In this document: one piece after another, positions 16,826 through 25,746 of the stretch
Position numbering within the stretch: the first letter of the stretch is position 1
Layout of the letters: each line of letters starts with the position of its first letter
Source: Ferroglobus placidus DSM 10642
Lineage (GTDB): Archaea; Halobacteriota; Archaeoglobi; Archaeoglobales; Archaeoglobaceae
NCBI RefSeq assembly: GCF_000025505.1
Contig: NC_013849.1
Coordinates: 30,001 to 62,000, forward strand
Reading direction: 5' to 3'
DNA length: 32,000 nucleotides
Notes under the pieces: model-generated
Seen by the model: the letters and a program-made list of their open reading frames with translations, nothing else
What the model was told of the DNA's origin: nothing
The model's database searches: none
Position numbers and translations under genes: made by a program

Positions 16826-17792
16826 ACATATCGATAAGGTCGGAAATCATGGCGCTTGCCGTTTCAAGTTTCCCGGCTCCCCTTCCTATCACGAATACTC
16901 TTCCAGCAGTTTCCGTTACAATTTCAGCGGCATTCAGCGTTCCGTAGATGTTCAGCGGATGATTCAGCGGAACAAGTCTCGGCGAGACTCTGAGAGAATC
17001 TCCAACCTCAGCAATTAGCCTAATCGTGTATCCTTTCTTCAAAGCCACTTCGAAAGCTTCTGGAGTGAGATCTTCTATCCCTTCGATATGCACATCCTCA
17101 AACCTCACATTCCTTTCAAGAAGAGCGTTTGCGATTATGACGAGCTTCGCCGCGGCATCTATCCCTTTTACGTCGTAACTCGGATCGGATTCAGCTATTC
17201 CAAGCTCTATAGCTTCGGAAAGGATTTGTTCGTAGGGCATTTTTTCAACTTCCATCCTCGAGAGAATGTAGTTGCAAGTTCCGTTTAGGATTCCCCTTAT
17301 TCTCAAAATCCCGCTTCCGGCTAAATCGTTTTTCACGAGCTTTATTAGGGGCATCGCTCCCCCTACCGTAGCTTCAAATCCGAGCTTACAAGAGTTCTTC
17401 TCGGCAAGTTTACAAAGTTCATTGTAAGCGACAACGAGCGGACCTTTGTTGGAAGTTATAACGTTTTTCCCCCTCTTTAACGCAGCTTTTATGTGAGTCA
17501 AACCCGGTTCTCCGCTTTCGACGTTCGTTGGTGTGCACTCGAAGAGGACATCGTACTCGACGTTTTCAATAATTTCCATGGCAGTTATATCTCCACTAAG
17601 CCTCCTTTTTTTCCTTTTCTCGTTCAAAGCTTTCTCTAAATCTACCTCTCCGACTACGGAGCTTTTAGAGTCTGCTACAGCCACAACTTTAAATTTTCCT
17701 ATTCTTCCCTCTATCTCGCTCCTTTTCCTCAAAAGGAGTTCAGCCACTCCTTGTCCTACGGTTCCAAAACCGATTATCGCAATTTTTATCAT
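16800..17792 (-). CDS. hom: Homoserine dehydrogenase (no C-terminal ACT domain)
   Basis: N-terminal IAIIGFGTVGQGV NAD(P) fold. VITSNKGPL, EATVGGAMPLI, ILNGTCNYIL and DPSYDVKGIDAAAKL are canonical Hom motifs. Confidence 0.85.
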   Translation of the reverse strand: MIKIAIIGFGTVGQGVAELLLRKRSEIEGRIGKFKVVAVADSKSSVVGEVDLEKALNEKRKKRRLSGDITAMEIIENVEYDVLFECTPTNVESGEPGLTHIKAALKRGKNVITSNKGPLVVAYNELCKLAEKNSCKLGFEATVGGAMPLIKLVKNDLAGSGILRIRGILNGTCNYILSRMEVEKMPYEQILSEAIELGIAESDPSYDVKGIDAAAKLVIIANALLERNVRFEDVHIEGIEDLTPEAFEVALKKGYTIRLIAEVGDSLRVSPRLVPLNHPLNIYGTLNAAEIVTETAGRVFVIGRGAGKLETASAMISDLIDMYDRRNLRC

Positions 17793-18286
17793 GCTTCTTC
17801 GTTAAGCGGCTCCACGACCTTTATCTTTTTTTCTTCACAGACGTTTCTCAGAATTTTTAGCGCCTCCTCAAGTTTTTCCTTGCTGACGGCTGAAATGGTT
17901 AGCAAAGCTGTTGACGGCTTGTTGAGTTCTGGCATGCTTATGTCCATTTCCGTAACCTCTGCGAAACCCGTGGAATCTATTCTGTTTATCGTGTCGCTTA
18001 TGTCCGTGTGAATTATGTGCCCAACAAGAAGCACAGAGATCTTCTCGGTAAGCTTTATCTCGTTAACTTTTCTTATGGTAATCCCAGAGCTTTTTATCTC
18101 TTCCAGAAGCTTATCCGCTTTGTCCTCGGCTATCTCGAAGACGACATCTACGAGAACGCTCTTCTGCTGAACTTTTCTGTTGTGAACTATGCCTATTATG
18201 TTTCCTCCGTACTTCGCTATCGGCGTAAGGACCTTGAGGAGCTGTCCCGGCTTGTCTTCAAGCTCTACGACAAGGTTTATCTTCAT
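17789..18286 (-). CDS. Stand-alone ACT-domain protein
   Basis: [29 protein letters not shown] is the ACT beta-alpha-beta signature (d.pG.l..v...l...g.NI). ATGA overlaps with both ilvE upstream and hom downstream. Confidence 0.6.
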   Translation of the reverse strand: MKINLVVELEDKPGQLLKVLTPIAKYGGNIIGIVHNRKVQQKSVLVDVVFEIAEDKADKLLEEIKSSGITIRKVNEIKLTEKISVLLVGHIIHTDISDTINRIDSTGFAEVTEMDISMPELNKPSTALLTISAVSKEKLEEALKILRNVCEEKKIKVVEPLNEEA

Positions 18287-19161
18287 TCGTATATCGGCAC
18301 TCCTTCCTTTTCTGTCTTTTCTCTAAACTTTTTCATCAGGAACTTCGTCAGCTCCCCAGGCTTTCCGTCTCCAATTTTTCTCCCGTCTATAACAGTCACC
18401 GGAGCGATTTCTGCTGCTGTTCCCGTAACGAAAACTTCGTCAGCCGAATATAGATCGAAAAGGCTCAGATGTGTTTCTTTAAACGGTATGTTCTCCTCTT
18501 CAAGAATTTCAATAACCACCTCCCTCGTTATTCCCTTCAAGTTGTTTATCGTGGGGGGTGTGTAAACGACCTTCTTCTTCACGATGAAAATGTTATCTCC
18601 GCTCCCTTCCGATACGTAGCCGTTGTGATCGAGGAAAATTGCCTCATCCCCTCCTTTAACGTTAGCCTCTATTTTCGCCAAAATGTTGTTCAGGTAGTTG
18701 AGAGACTTTATGTTCGGCGGTAGAGAGTCGATAGCGTTCCTCCTAACTGCCACAGTCACAGCTTTTAACCCCTTTTCGTACAAATCTCCGTAAAGCCTAT
18801 CCCACGGCTGAGCGATAATTATGACGTTAGGTCTTCCGCACTTCCTCGGATCCAAGCCGAGGTCACCTATTCCTCTCGTCACTATCGGTCTTATGTAAGC
18901 GTCTCTCAGCTTATTTACCCTCAGCGTTTCGAGAATCGCCTGAGCGAACTCCTCCTTTGTGAGCGGTATTTCCAAGTCTATCACCTTTGCGCAATCGTAA
19001 AGCCTGTCGAGATGTTCGTAGAGTCTGAAAACTTTCCCGTTGTAAGCTCTGATTCCTTCGAAAACTCCGTCGCCATAGAGAAAACCGTGGTCGAAAACGC
19101 TGATTTTCGCTTCGCTCTTTGGAACGAACTCACCGTTGATGTATATTAGCAACTCCTCCAT
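18283..19161 (-). CDS. ilvE: Branched-chain amino acid aminotransferase (fold type IV PLP enzyme)
   Basis: [55 protein letters not shown] and [12 protein letters not shown] are canonical class IV aminotransferase motifs. ATG at 19161 is preceded by GGGGGAG and is preferred over TTG at 19176. Confidence 0.85.
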   Translation of the reverse strand: MEELLIYINGEFVPKSEAKISVFDHGFLYGDGVFEGIRAYNGKVFRLYEHLDRLYDCAKVIDLEIPLTKEEFAQAILETLRVNKLRDAYIRPIVTRGIGDLGLDPRKCGRPNVIIIAQPWDRLYGDLYEKGLKAVTVAVRRNAIDSLPPNIKSLNYLNNILAKIEANVKGGDEAIFLDHNGYVSEGSGDNIFIVKKKVVYTPPTINNLKGITREVVIEILEEENIPFKETHLSLFDLYSADEVFVTGTAAEIAPVTVIDGRKIGDGKPGELTKFLMKKFREKTEKEGVPIYE

Positions 19162-19240
19162 CTTCTCCCCCTTCAAAAAGACGGTCGACTAAAAATAAAA
19201 TTTGCGATAGATTTAATTAGTTTCGGACTCAATTTTTCCT

Positions 19241-19483
19241 GTGATCGGTTTGGGGGAATTTGCACTAATACTTATCTTAGCGCTGATACTGATAGGTCCG
19301 GAAAAACTTCCAGAAGTTGCGAGGACGCTCGGGAAACTTTACGCCGAATACAAGCACGCGATGAGGAGGCTGGAGCTTGAGATACTCTACGGAGTCGAGC
19401 CGCCGAGCGAAGATCTTATCGAAAAAATTTATGAAAAAAAGGTAAATTTGAACGAGAGCGTCAAAGAAAAGTTATTTAAATAA
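19241..19483 (+). CDS. tatA: TatA/E-like Sec-independent translocase component (divergent copy)
   Basis: GTG start. GEFALILILALILIGPEKLPEVARTLGK is a TM helix followed by the G-P-x-K-L-P hinge typical of TatA. Confidence 0.55.
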   Translation: MIGLGEFALILILALILIGPEKLPEVARTLGKLYAEYKHAMRRLELEILYGVEPPSEDLIEKIYEKKVNLNESVKEKLFK

Positions 19484-19510
19484 TTCACCTACCTTCTTTG
19501 AGGTGCGAAG

Positions 19511-19834
19511 ATGATAGGAGGTATAGGACCAAACGAGTTGTTGGTGATACTGATAATTGCGTTCATACTCTTCGGAGCCCACAAATTGCCGGAGTTGGCG
19601 AGAAGCTTAGGAAGAGCCACAGGAGAGTTCAAAAAAGCTCAGAGGGAAGCTGAGATAGAGCTGAGAAAGTTTGAAGAGGAGCTGAAAGCGGGAAAATACA
19701 AGAGTCAAGATGAGAAGAGGAAGAAACTTGAGGAAATAGCCAGAACTCTTAACATCGATCCGGAAGGAAAGAGCGACGAGGAGCTTATTGAGGAAATTAA
19801 CAAAGCTCTGCCTAAGGAAAAAGTCGAGCCGTAA
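19511..19834 (+). CDS. tatA: TatA/E Sec-independent translocase component
   Basis: [38 protein letters not shown] is the canonical TatA N-terminus, followed by a charged amphipathic tail. Confidence 0.75.
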   Translation: MIGGIGPNELLVILIIAFILFGAHKLPELARSLGRATGEFKKAQREAEIELRKFEEELKAGKYKSQDEKRKKLEEIARTLNIDPEGKSDEELIEEINKALPKEKVEP

Positions 19835-19847
19835 TTGTCTCGGAACT

Positions 19848-20681
19848 TTATTTTTTGAGATTCGATACTTTAACATCAACTACGAAGCGATAAACGCGGG
19901 GAGCGTAGCTTCCGCACTTTTTAATCCTCTCTATTTCCACTTCAGCACCGATTTTCTCAAATTCCTCTCTAACCTCCTTTTTAACCTCTTCCACTTCCTC
20001 TTCTCCGGCGAAAGTGTAAATGTGAACGTAGCTACCCTCTTTCAACTTTCCTTCGAGTAAGTAAATGTGGTCTTCCGCATGATAGGGGGCGGGCATGACA
20101 ACTCGATCGAAAACACCCTCCAGCTTCGGAACGACGTCTCTGACGTCTCCTTCTATAACCTTCACGATCCCCTCAACCTTGTTTAGCTTCACGTTCTTTT
20201 TAAAGTACTCCACAGCTACCGGATTCAGTTCAATTCCGATAACTTCCCTCGGCTTGGAAAGTCTCGCTATGACGATAGCGTAAGGTCCAACTCCGGCATA
20301 CATTACAAGGACTCTCTCCCCTTCCCTCACGAGCTTAGCAATTCTTTCTCGTTCTCCCGAAAGCTTTACGGTGTAGTAAGCTTTGGTTGGATCGACTAAA
20401 AATCTGCAACTGTGCTCCTTAGCTATCGTTTCCGTCTCTCCTCCGTAGATTACTTCGTACTTCGCAATTCTGAAATCCCCTTCGACCTCTCCAACCTTCC
20501 TGAGTATCGTTTTTACGTGCTTGTGCTTTGCGAGGATCGCTTTAGCTATTTCGTCCTTCAAATGGAGTATCTCGTCTGGGATCTCTATTATAACGACGTC
20601 TCCGATTATCTCGAAGCTCCTCCTTAGCTTTGAAAGTTCTTCCGGTGTTACTTTGTCCTTCAGCATCTCCTTTAAACTCAT
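19848..20681 (-). CDS. trm5: Trm5-type tRNA (m1G37) methyltransferase / Met-10+ family class I SAM methyltransferase
   Basis: SFEIIGDVVIIEIPDE (Trm5 D2 domain hallmark), VLVMYAGVGPYAI (SAM motif I), MPAP. Size and order match archaeal Trm5b/Taw22-like proteins. Confidence 0.7.
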   Translation of the reverse strand: MSLKEMLKDKVTPEELSKLRRSFEIIGDVVIIEIPDEILHLKDEIAKAILAKHKHVKTILRKVGEVEGDFRIAKYEVIYGGETETIAKEHSCRFLVDPTKAYYTVKLSGERERIAKLVREGERVLVMYAGVGPYAIVIARLSKPREVIGIELNPVAVEYFKKNVKLNKVEGIVKVIEGDVRDVVPKLEGVFDRVVMPAPYHAEDHIYLLEGKLKEGSYVHIYTFAGEEEVEEVKKEVREEFEKIGAEVEIERIKKCGSYAPRVYRFVVDVKVSNLKK

Positions 20682-20714
20682 CGTTTTAGTTTAATCTTTC
20701 GGGTTTAAAATTCC

Positions 20715-21842
20715 TTATCTAAACAAAACCGGAAGCATTACGGAACCCATGCATGCTATGGGGCGAACTTTTAGAGCGTATGAAATCAAACCCACCGCTG
20801 AAGCTGAGAAATAGATCGCAAGTCCAAAAACTCCGTTGAAGTGGAGAGATAAAACAATTAGGAAAATTAAAACAAAGAGGGAAACTTTTCCAACTTTTAC
20901 CTTCGAAAAGACCTTCGAAGAGGGATAGATCAGGAGTAGAGTTATTGCCGTTGCAATTATAGCAGCTACAAGAACGAAAAGGGGTAGTAAGAACAGCGCT
21001 TCTCTCGCTCCTTTTAGAGCTTCGGCTATTCCGCTTCTAACTTTTTCTGAGTGCAGCATGGCTAAGCTTAGAATAGCTGCGGAGGTGTTTGCCGAGCTTA
21101 TCGAGGATACGTAGCTCTCGGAAGATTTCGAATTAGCTGAAGCTATGCCTGTGGCAACACCGGAGCTTATCCCGGGGAATAGCGAGACGATAAAGCCTGC
21201 AAAAACTCCTTTTACAACGTCAACCGGATTTGGAAGGCAGAACATCACCTTCTGCTCGACGATCTTTTCACTTCCCAAACTCTGCAGAAGCATCGGCGTT
21301 GCGAAGAGTCCAGTTAGGAGGGGAAAGTAGAAATCTCCAGCCTCTAAAGCTTTAAAGCCGAGAATTCCCGAGACAAAGAAGACCGCGAGAAAGTAAAGTC
21401 TTCTTTTTAACGTCGACAGCGAGCCTCCGAATGTGTCCTTTTCGTACCTGAGAAAAAATATAAGAGCGAAAATTATGGCGAATTTGTAGAAGAACGAGAG
21501 ATCGAAGCTGCTTATCGCGGCGACAACGTAAAAGAGCGGTAGTGAGAGAATTGCTGAAAAAAGTGAGGAGAAAGCTGAAATGGATATAGCTTTCCCTCCT
21601 TCACCTCTGTTAACGAGCTCGTGGGCTGGGAAGATAGTCAAAGCGGTGTCTTCTTCCGGAACTCCCACAAACGTTGCCGGAATTATGTTGAGGAATGTGT
21701 GAGTTACGAGCATCGAAACTAAAATCACAGCCTCTTCGCTGTTTGCCGAGGAGTAAAGAGAAGCTATCGTATTCGGATGAATACCGGGAATTAATCCCGT
21801 TAAACAGCCGAGAAAAATTCCTATCAAGCTTTCGAGAATCAT
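20715..21842 (-). CDS. DUF112 / TctA-like integral membrane protein
   Basis: N-terminal LGCLTGLIPGIHPNT resembles the TctA-family G..PG motif. About 10-12 hydrophobic helices. Family call is by recollection only. Confidence 0.45.
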   Translation of the reverse strand: MILESLIGIFLGCLTGLIPGIHPNTIASLYSSANSEEAVILVSMLVTHTFLNIIPATFVGVPEEDTALTIFPAHELVNRGEGGKAISISAFSSLFSAILSLPLFYVVAAISSFDLSFFYKFAIIFALIFFLRYEKDTFGGSLSTLKRRLYFLAVFFVSGILGFKALEAGDFYFPLLTGLFATPMLLQSLGSEKIVEQKVMFCLPNPVDVVKGVFAGFIVSLFPGISSGVATGIASANSKSSESYVSSISSANTSAAILSLAMLHSEKVRSGIAEALKGAREALFLLPLFVLVAAIIATAITLLLIYPSSKVFSKVKVGKVSLFVLIFLIVLSLHFNGVFGLAIYFSASAVGLISYALKVRPIACMGSVMLPVLFR

Positions 21843-22462
21843 TTAATGAATCTCCTGACGAAATCCTCGCTGACGTTCGAAACTTCGGAAATTTTTGCAG
21901 CGTCTCTGCTCCCTATTCTCTTGGAAATCATTTCGAAGTAGTCCAAAGCAACTTCTTCATCCTCCAGATCCCACATCCCCGAGAACATCGGGTGAGCGTC
22001 TTTTAGGAAGTCGCTAATCCACTCTATGTTCTTACCCTCCATAAATCGCTCCAGGTACCCTTCTTCGTAGAGTAGGCAATCTTTAAGGATGAGCTTGACC
22101 GATTGAATTACTCTCTCGTAGTCGTACTTTCTGTTTGGAGGAGAGTACTTCTCGATTATTCTATCAATTTCCTCCTTCGTGAAGTCGAAAACCTTCTTTT
22201 TCGAGCTTTTTGAAACTTCTTTTAAAACGTAAAACGTTCTCTCATCTACCGGCGATTTCCTCGACTTGCCCCCACTTCTGAGCACCACGTAGTAAATAGA
22301 GTTGGCTACTCCCAAATCTCTCTTCGTGAAGTTCTCGATTTCCTCGTAGCTTGCCAGAGTCGACAGTATTAGCCTTATCAAAGCGTGCTCTTTCAAGTCC
22401 TTTCGCGAGGATATGCATATGTGCTGGAGATCCTCTTCGACCATTATCAGTTCTTCGTGCAT
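21839..22462 (-). CDS. Hypothetical cytoplasmic protein translationally coupled to the DUF112 gene
   Basis: 207-aa ORF whose TGA overlaps the downstream ATG (ATGA at 21839-21842). No motif recognised with confidence. The segment EHALIRLILSTLASYEEIENFTKRDL weakly recalls the start of a tyrosine-recombinase catalytic domain. Confidence 0.45.
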   Translation of the reverse strand: MHEELIMVEEDLQHICISSRKDLKEHALIRLILSTLASYEEIENFTKRDLGVANSIYYVVLRSGGKSRKSPVDERTFYVLKEVSKSSKKKVFDFTKEEIDRIIEKYSPPNRKYDYERVIQSVKLILKDCLLYEEGYLERFMEGKNIEWISDFLKDAHPMFSGMWDLEDEEVALDYFEMISKRIGSRDAAKISEVSNVSEDFVRRFIK

Positions 22463-22500
22463 AGTAAAAGTGATAATGCAGTAGCTGATATTTTAATCTT

Positions 22501-22779
22501 GTGAAGCATCCAGCCATAGTTCAGGTGAGAACGGAGATCGAAAAAGCCTTGGAAATAGCTAAAAAATTCGTTACTGAGGTGGAAAGAAGAGAGGATGGCG
22601 TGGACATATACTTTGAAGACGTTAACGAGGCGAGAAGGTTTATAAGCGTATTTAAAAGAGCGACGAAAAAGAAAATCCTCGTAAAATCGAGCACTAGTTA
22701 CGCTGGTTTGAGAAAGGGGAGAGTCAGGTACCTCTTTACTTACTCTCTGAAGGAGAATGAAGGTAGAAGACTACGTTAA
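22501..22779 (+). CDS. Small protein with an NMD3-like segment
   Basis: DGVDIYFEDVNEARRFISVFKR resembles the G(I/L)DFYF....A.kf..fl block of NMD3. GTG start, so the exact start is uncertain. The 3' end overlaps the next gene by 23 nt. Confidence 0.4.
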   Translation: MKHPAIVQVRTEIEKALEIAKKFVTEVERREDGVDIYFEDVNEARRFISVFKRATKKKILVKSSTSYAGLRKGRVRYLFTYSLKENEGRRLR

Positions 22780-23677
22780 GATAAGGAACGAACTGAAAAG
22801 GATCGAGGATTTAAACAAAGTCGTCAGAAGGTATGGGATTAGAAGGGGGACTGCTTTCAGCATTCTCGTTCAGAAAAAGGTTAGTTACGTAAGGAAAAAC
22901 TACTACAAGTTTGAGAGGAGAGCTGAAGAGATCCTCGAGTACTGGGAAACGAACAAAAGCTTTCCGAGCTGGTTGAAGCTTCCGCCGGTTATGAAGCTAA
23001 GACTGCTCTTTAAGGCTATGGGTATGAGCAAGAAGAGGATTGCGAAAGTTCTTAAAAATCCGGAGGAGTTGAGTGAATTCGAGGATTTAATTTACGACGC
23101 TATGTATAGAGATTACGTCTACTCCCCCGTAGCAGCTGAAAATCTGGCTGCGAGGGGAAAAATTGGTGAGAAAATAGTTGAAAGATATTTGATAGCTCGA
23201 GGGGTTGATTTTATCTCTGAGAAAGAAATTCGAGGAGACAAAACGCCGGACTTTCTGATTCAAAGCGAGCTGAAAATTGGAGGAAGAAAAGTTCGCTGGA
23301 TAGAAAGCAAGTCGATGTTTGGCGATGTTTTTGCCTACGAGGACAATCTCAAGCAGTTTGAAAAGTATTCGAGCGAATTTGGGGAAGGCGCTGTAATTTT
23401 CTGGCACGGCTTTTTGGACGTTTTGAGGGATAAGGAGTTTCTAATAATCTCGGATATCGGGCATCCAAGCGGGGAGAAGAGATTTCTGAAGGATATGGTG
23501 GTCAAAATTAGCGACGAAGGGGAGTTTTCTTGGAAGGGCGGAGAAGAGATGAGGAGCGGAAAATTCGTCAGAGAGCTAATAAGATTTTTCAAAAGCTGCT
23601 CGACTTCGATTGCTGCTGAAGAGAAAATGGCTGTGAAGAAAGCGCTTGAAAAATTTGGGTATGTTGTCACTGCTTAG
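22757..23677 (+). CDS. TPD-sequence-motif domain protein (CDIN1/C15orf41-like), predicted PD-(D/E)XK nuclease fold
   Basis: GDKTPDFLI (TPD encoded at 23243-23251) followed by VRWIESK (E-x-K at 23303-23311) gives a D...ExK arrangement. The helical N-terminal half is consistent with HTH repeats. AAGGAGA lies immediately upstream of the ATG. Confidence 0.6.
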   Translation: MKVEDYVKIRNELKRIEDLNKVVRRYGIRRGTAFSILVQKKVSYVRKNYYKFERRAEEILEYWETNKSFPSWLKLPPVMKLRLLFKAMGMSKKRIAKVLKNPEELSEFEDLIYDAMYRDYVYSPVAAENLAARGKIGEKIVERYLIARGVDFISEKEIRGDKTPDFLIQSELKIGGRKVRWIESKSMFGDVFAYEDNLKQFEKYSSEFGEGAVIFWHGFLDVLRDKEFLIISDIGHPSGEKRFLKDMVVKISDEGEFSWKGGEEMRSGKFVRELIRFFKSCSTSIAAEEKMAVKKALEKFGYVVTA

Positions 23678-24500
23678 CCACTCTTTCCGATCTCGGTACG
23701 AACTCAACGACCTCTCTTTGAAACATGGGCTGCGGATACAGCTCCATTAACTCGTAAACCTCCTTAGGAACTTCCGTCTTCACGTTGAACCCCATTTTTT
23801 TCAACTCTTCTGGAGTTAGAGGGTAATCGTGAGTCCACCTACCTTCCGTGAGGGTCTTTGCTATTTCTTCCGCTTTTTCTCTACCCATTCTGTCTTCGAG
23901 AAGTTCCACTATAAATTCTCTCAGCTGTTTTATCGCCTTTTCAGCAACATCTGCGAGAATCAAAGTTTGGTCGTCAACTTCGTTAACATCTTTTCTTTCA
24001 ACAGCCTTCAGTATCGAAGGGGCTGGGTAGCCCATAATTTGAGGGTCGAGAGGTCCAAGGACAGCGTGAGGATCCATTATAATCTCATCAGCCGCTATCG
24101 CTATCAAAGTTCCTCCGCTCATCGCATAGTGAGGGACTATAACTGTCGTTTTAGCCGGGTGGTCCTTTATCGCTTTAGCTATCTGCGTTGCAGCAAGAAC
24201 CAATCCACCGGGAGTGTGGAGAATCAGGTCTATCGGCGTGTCTCTCGGAGTCATTCTTATCGCTCTCAAAACCTGCTCCGAGTCTTCGATGTTTATAAAG
24301 CGATAAAAGGGGATGCCGAGCAAACCGATTCTTTCCTGTCTGTGTATTAGCGTTATAACGCTACTCCCCCTCACTCTGCTCAACCTTTCCATCGCCTTTA
24401 CTCTCATCATCTGAAGCCTTCTGTAGTTTAACTGGGGAGATATTAGCAGATAAAAGAACAGGAGAAACCAGAATATCGAAAACGGGTCGAAGTAGTTCAT
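23667..24500 (-). CDS. SDH-family (Clp-fold) membrane-anchored serine protease
   Basis: N-terminal TM helix, then VITLIHRQE, DLILHTPGGLVLAATQIAKAI and VPHYAMSGGTLIAIAADEI (nucleophile Ser in the AMSGGT context), typical of the serine dehydrogenase proteinase family. Confidence 0.65.
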   Translation of the reverse strand: MNYFDPFSIFWFLLFFYLLISPQLNYRRLQMMRVKAMERLSRVRGSSVITLIHRQERIGLLGIPFYRFINIEDSEQVLRAIRMTPRDTPIDLILHTPGGLVLAATQIAKAIKDHPAKTTVIVPHYAMSGGTLIAIAADEIIMDPHAVLGPLDPQIMGYPAPSILKAVERKDVNEVDDQTLILADVAEKAIKQLREFIVELLEDRMGREKAEEIAKTLTEGRWTHDYPLTPEELKKMGFNVKTEVPKEVYELMELYPQPMFQREVVEFVPRSERVAKQ

Positions 24501-24538
24501 GTTTGATTATATCTCTATCTCTCATATATTTGCTTTTT

Positions 24539-24547
24539 GACGGCGAA
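24539..24547. repeat. Left copy of the 9-bp target-site duplication GACGGCGAA of ISA1214
   Basis: Identical 9-mer abuts both outer ends of the inverted repeats (24539-24547 and 25762-25770). Confidence 0.85.
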
Positions 24548-24567
24548 GGTTTTGGGACAAAATTCCT

Positions 24568-24741
24568 TTAATCCCTGACAACAATCACATACGCTCTCCA
24601 CCCAATATACCTCTTGGGCACATCAACCTTTGCTGAATTACCGAAAGGCGTGACTCTCTTCTCGAAAACAACCTCAACCTCCTCTTTCAGAACAAAATCT
24701 CCCTTCTTCACTTCAACCCTCCTCATGTTAAGTATATCCAT
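24568..24741 (-). CDS. DUF2080 small transposon-encoded protein
   Basis: MDILNMRRVEVKKGDFVLKEEVEVVFEKRVTPFGNSAKVDVPKRYIGWRAYVIVV matches the V.PFGNS..V.vPk...G..v.V pattern of the archaeal transposon-encoded family. Only the last 57 codons of track ORF 24568..24978 are credible. Confidence 0.65.
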   Translation of the reverse strand: MDILNMRRVEVKKGDFVLKEEVEVVFEKRVTPFGNSAKVDVPKRYIGWRAYVIVVRD

Positions 24742-24777
24742 AGAAATACTTAAATACTTTTTGGTTGGAATCAGAAC

Positions 24778-25746
24778 ATGAACCTTGGATTCAGAGTGAC
24801 AGGGAAGTTTGTAAGGGAACTTCTGGATGTTTTGGATGAAATTGCAGAGGAGATAAGACAGGAGGAGAAGGAAAAGTATCCGTACACAGAATGGGAGAGG
24901 AAGAGAGAAGTTGTTAAGGAAAGGCTGAGAAAACTCCCTGAATACGTTAGAGAGGCTATTTCTGTGATAACCGTGCAAAAGAGGGTGGGAAGACCAAAGA
25001 AAGTTGATCTGGAGAAGAGAGTTATGCTCTTTCTGTTTGCAAGGCTGATGGACAAATCAAACAGAGATATTGAGGAGCTTTTAGAGCTGTTTGAACCTTT
25101 ATTCGGGATAAAGGTTAGCTACAAAACGATAGAAAGATTATACTCGGATGAAGAAGTTAGAATGGCTTTACACAACCTCTTCATCCTTCTGCTTAGAGAG
25201 GAAGGAGTTTCAGGAGATTTTTCAGGAGATGGGACAGGATACAGCCTAACCATCACTAAGCACTATAGAAGCAATCCTAAAAGGAAAGGTAAAGACTTCA
25301 GATACGTTTTCAGGATAATTGACATCGATACGGGAATGTACGTTGGCTTTGGCTATTCTGACAGATCTGAGAAAGATGCCTTTGAGAAGGCTTTAGGAAT
25401 GCTCAAAAGCATGGGGGTGAAGGTAAACTCGATTTCTCTGGATAAGTATTACAGCAGTAGGAAGACTCTGAGGCTGTTTGATGCTGAGACAGCTGTCTAC
25501 GTCATTCCAAAGCGAAATCTTGCCAGAATAGGATTTGACTGGTTGAGGGTTATCGAGAGGATTGTTGAAGCTCCTTATAGGTTTCTGAAGAGGTACTTCA
25601 AGAGGAACTTAAGTGAGGCAGGATTTTCTGCTGATAAGAGGAGATTTGGATGGTTGATAAGGCAGAGGAGGGAGGACAGGAGAGAGATGGCTTTGTTTGC
25701 TGTCGGGCTTTGGCACAACATATTTGCTGTGAGGGTGATGAGGTAA
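24778..25746 (+). CDS. ISA1214 transposase (DDE type)
   Basis: 322-aa ORF filling the IS. Candidate DDE residues lie in SGDGTGYS, ISLDKYYS and RNLSEAGFS. The TAA stop overlaps the start of the right inverted repeat. Confidence 0.8.
   Translation: MNLGFRVTGKFVRELLDVLDEIAEEIRQEEKEKYPYTEWERKREVVKERLRKLPEYVREAISVITVQKRVGRPKKVDLEKRVMLFLFARLMDKSNRDIEELLELFEPLFGIKVSYKTIERLYSDEEVRMALHNLFILLLREEGVSGDFSGDGTGYSLTITKHYRSNPKRKGKDFRYVFRIIDIDTGMYVGFGYSDRSEKDAFEKALGMLKSMGVKVNSISLDKYYSSRKTLRLFDAETAVYVIPKRNLARIGFDWLRVIERIVEAPYRFLKRYFKRNLSEAGFSADKRRFGWLIRQRREDRREMALFAVGLWHNIFAVRVMR

Noticed and set aside
18008-18565. 185-aa + strand ORF
   Set aside because: It is antisense to the ACT-protein and ilvE genes, which carry clear family motifs. 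There is no ribosome-binding site or recognisable domain.
23829-24350. 173-aa + strand ORF
   Set aside because: It is antisense to the SDH-type protease gene. The composition is R/S/F-rich, typical of antisense frames.
24742-24978. N-terminal 79 codons of the 136-aa track ORF 24568..24978
   Set aside because: This extension runs antisense through the transposase 5' region and looks like a shadow frame. The DUF2080 homology begins at the internal ATG (24741).
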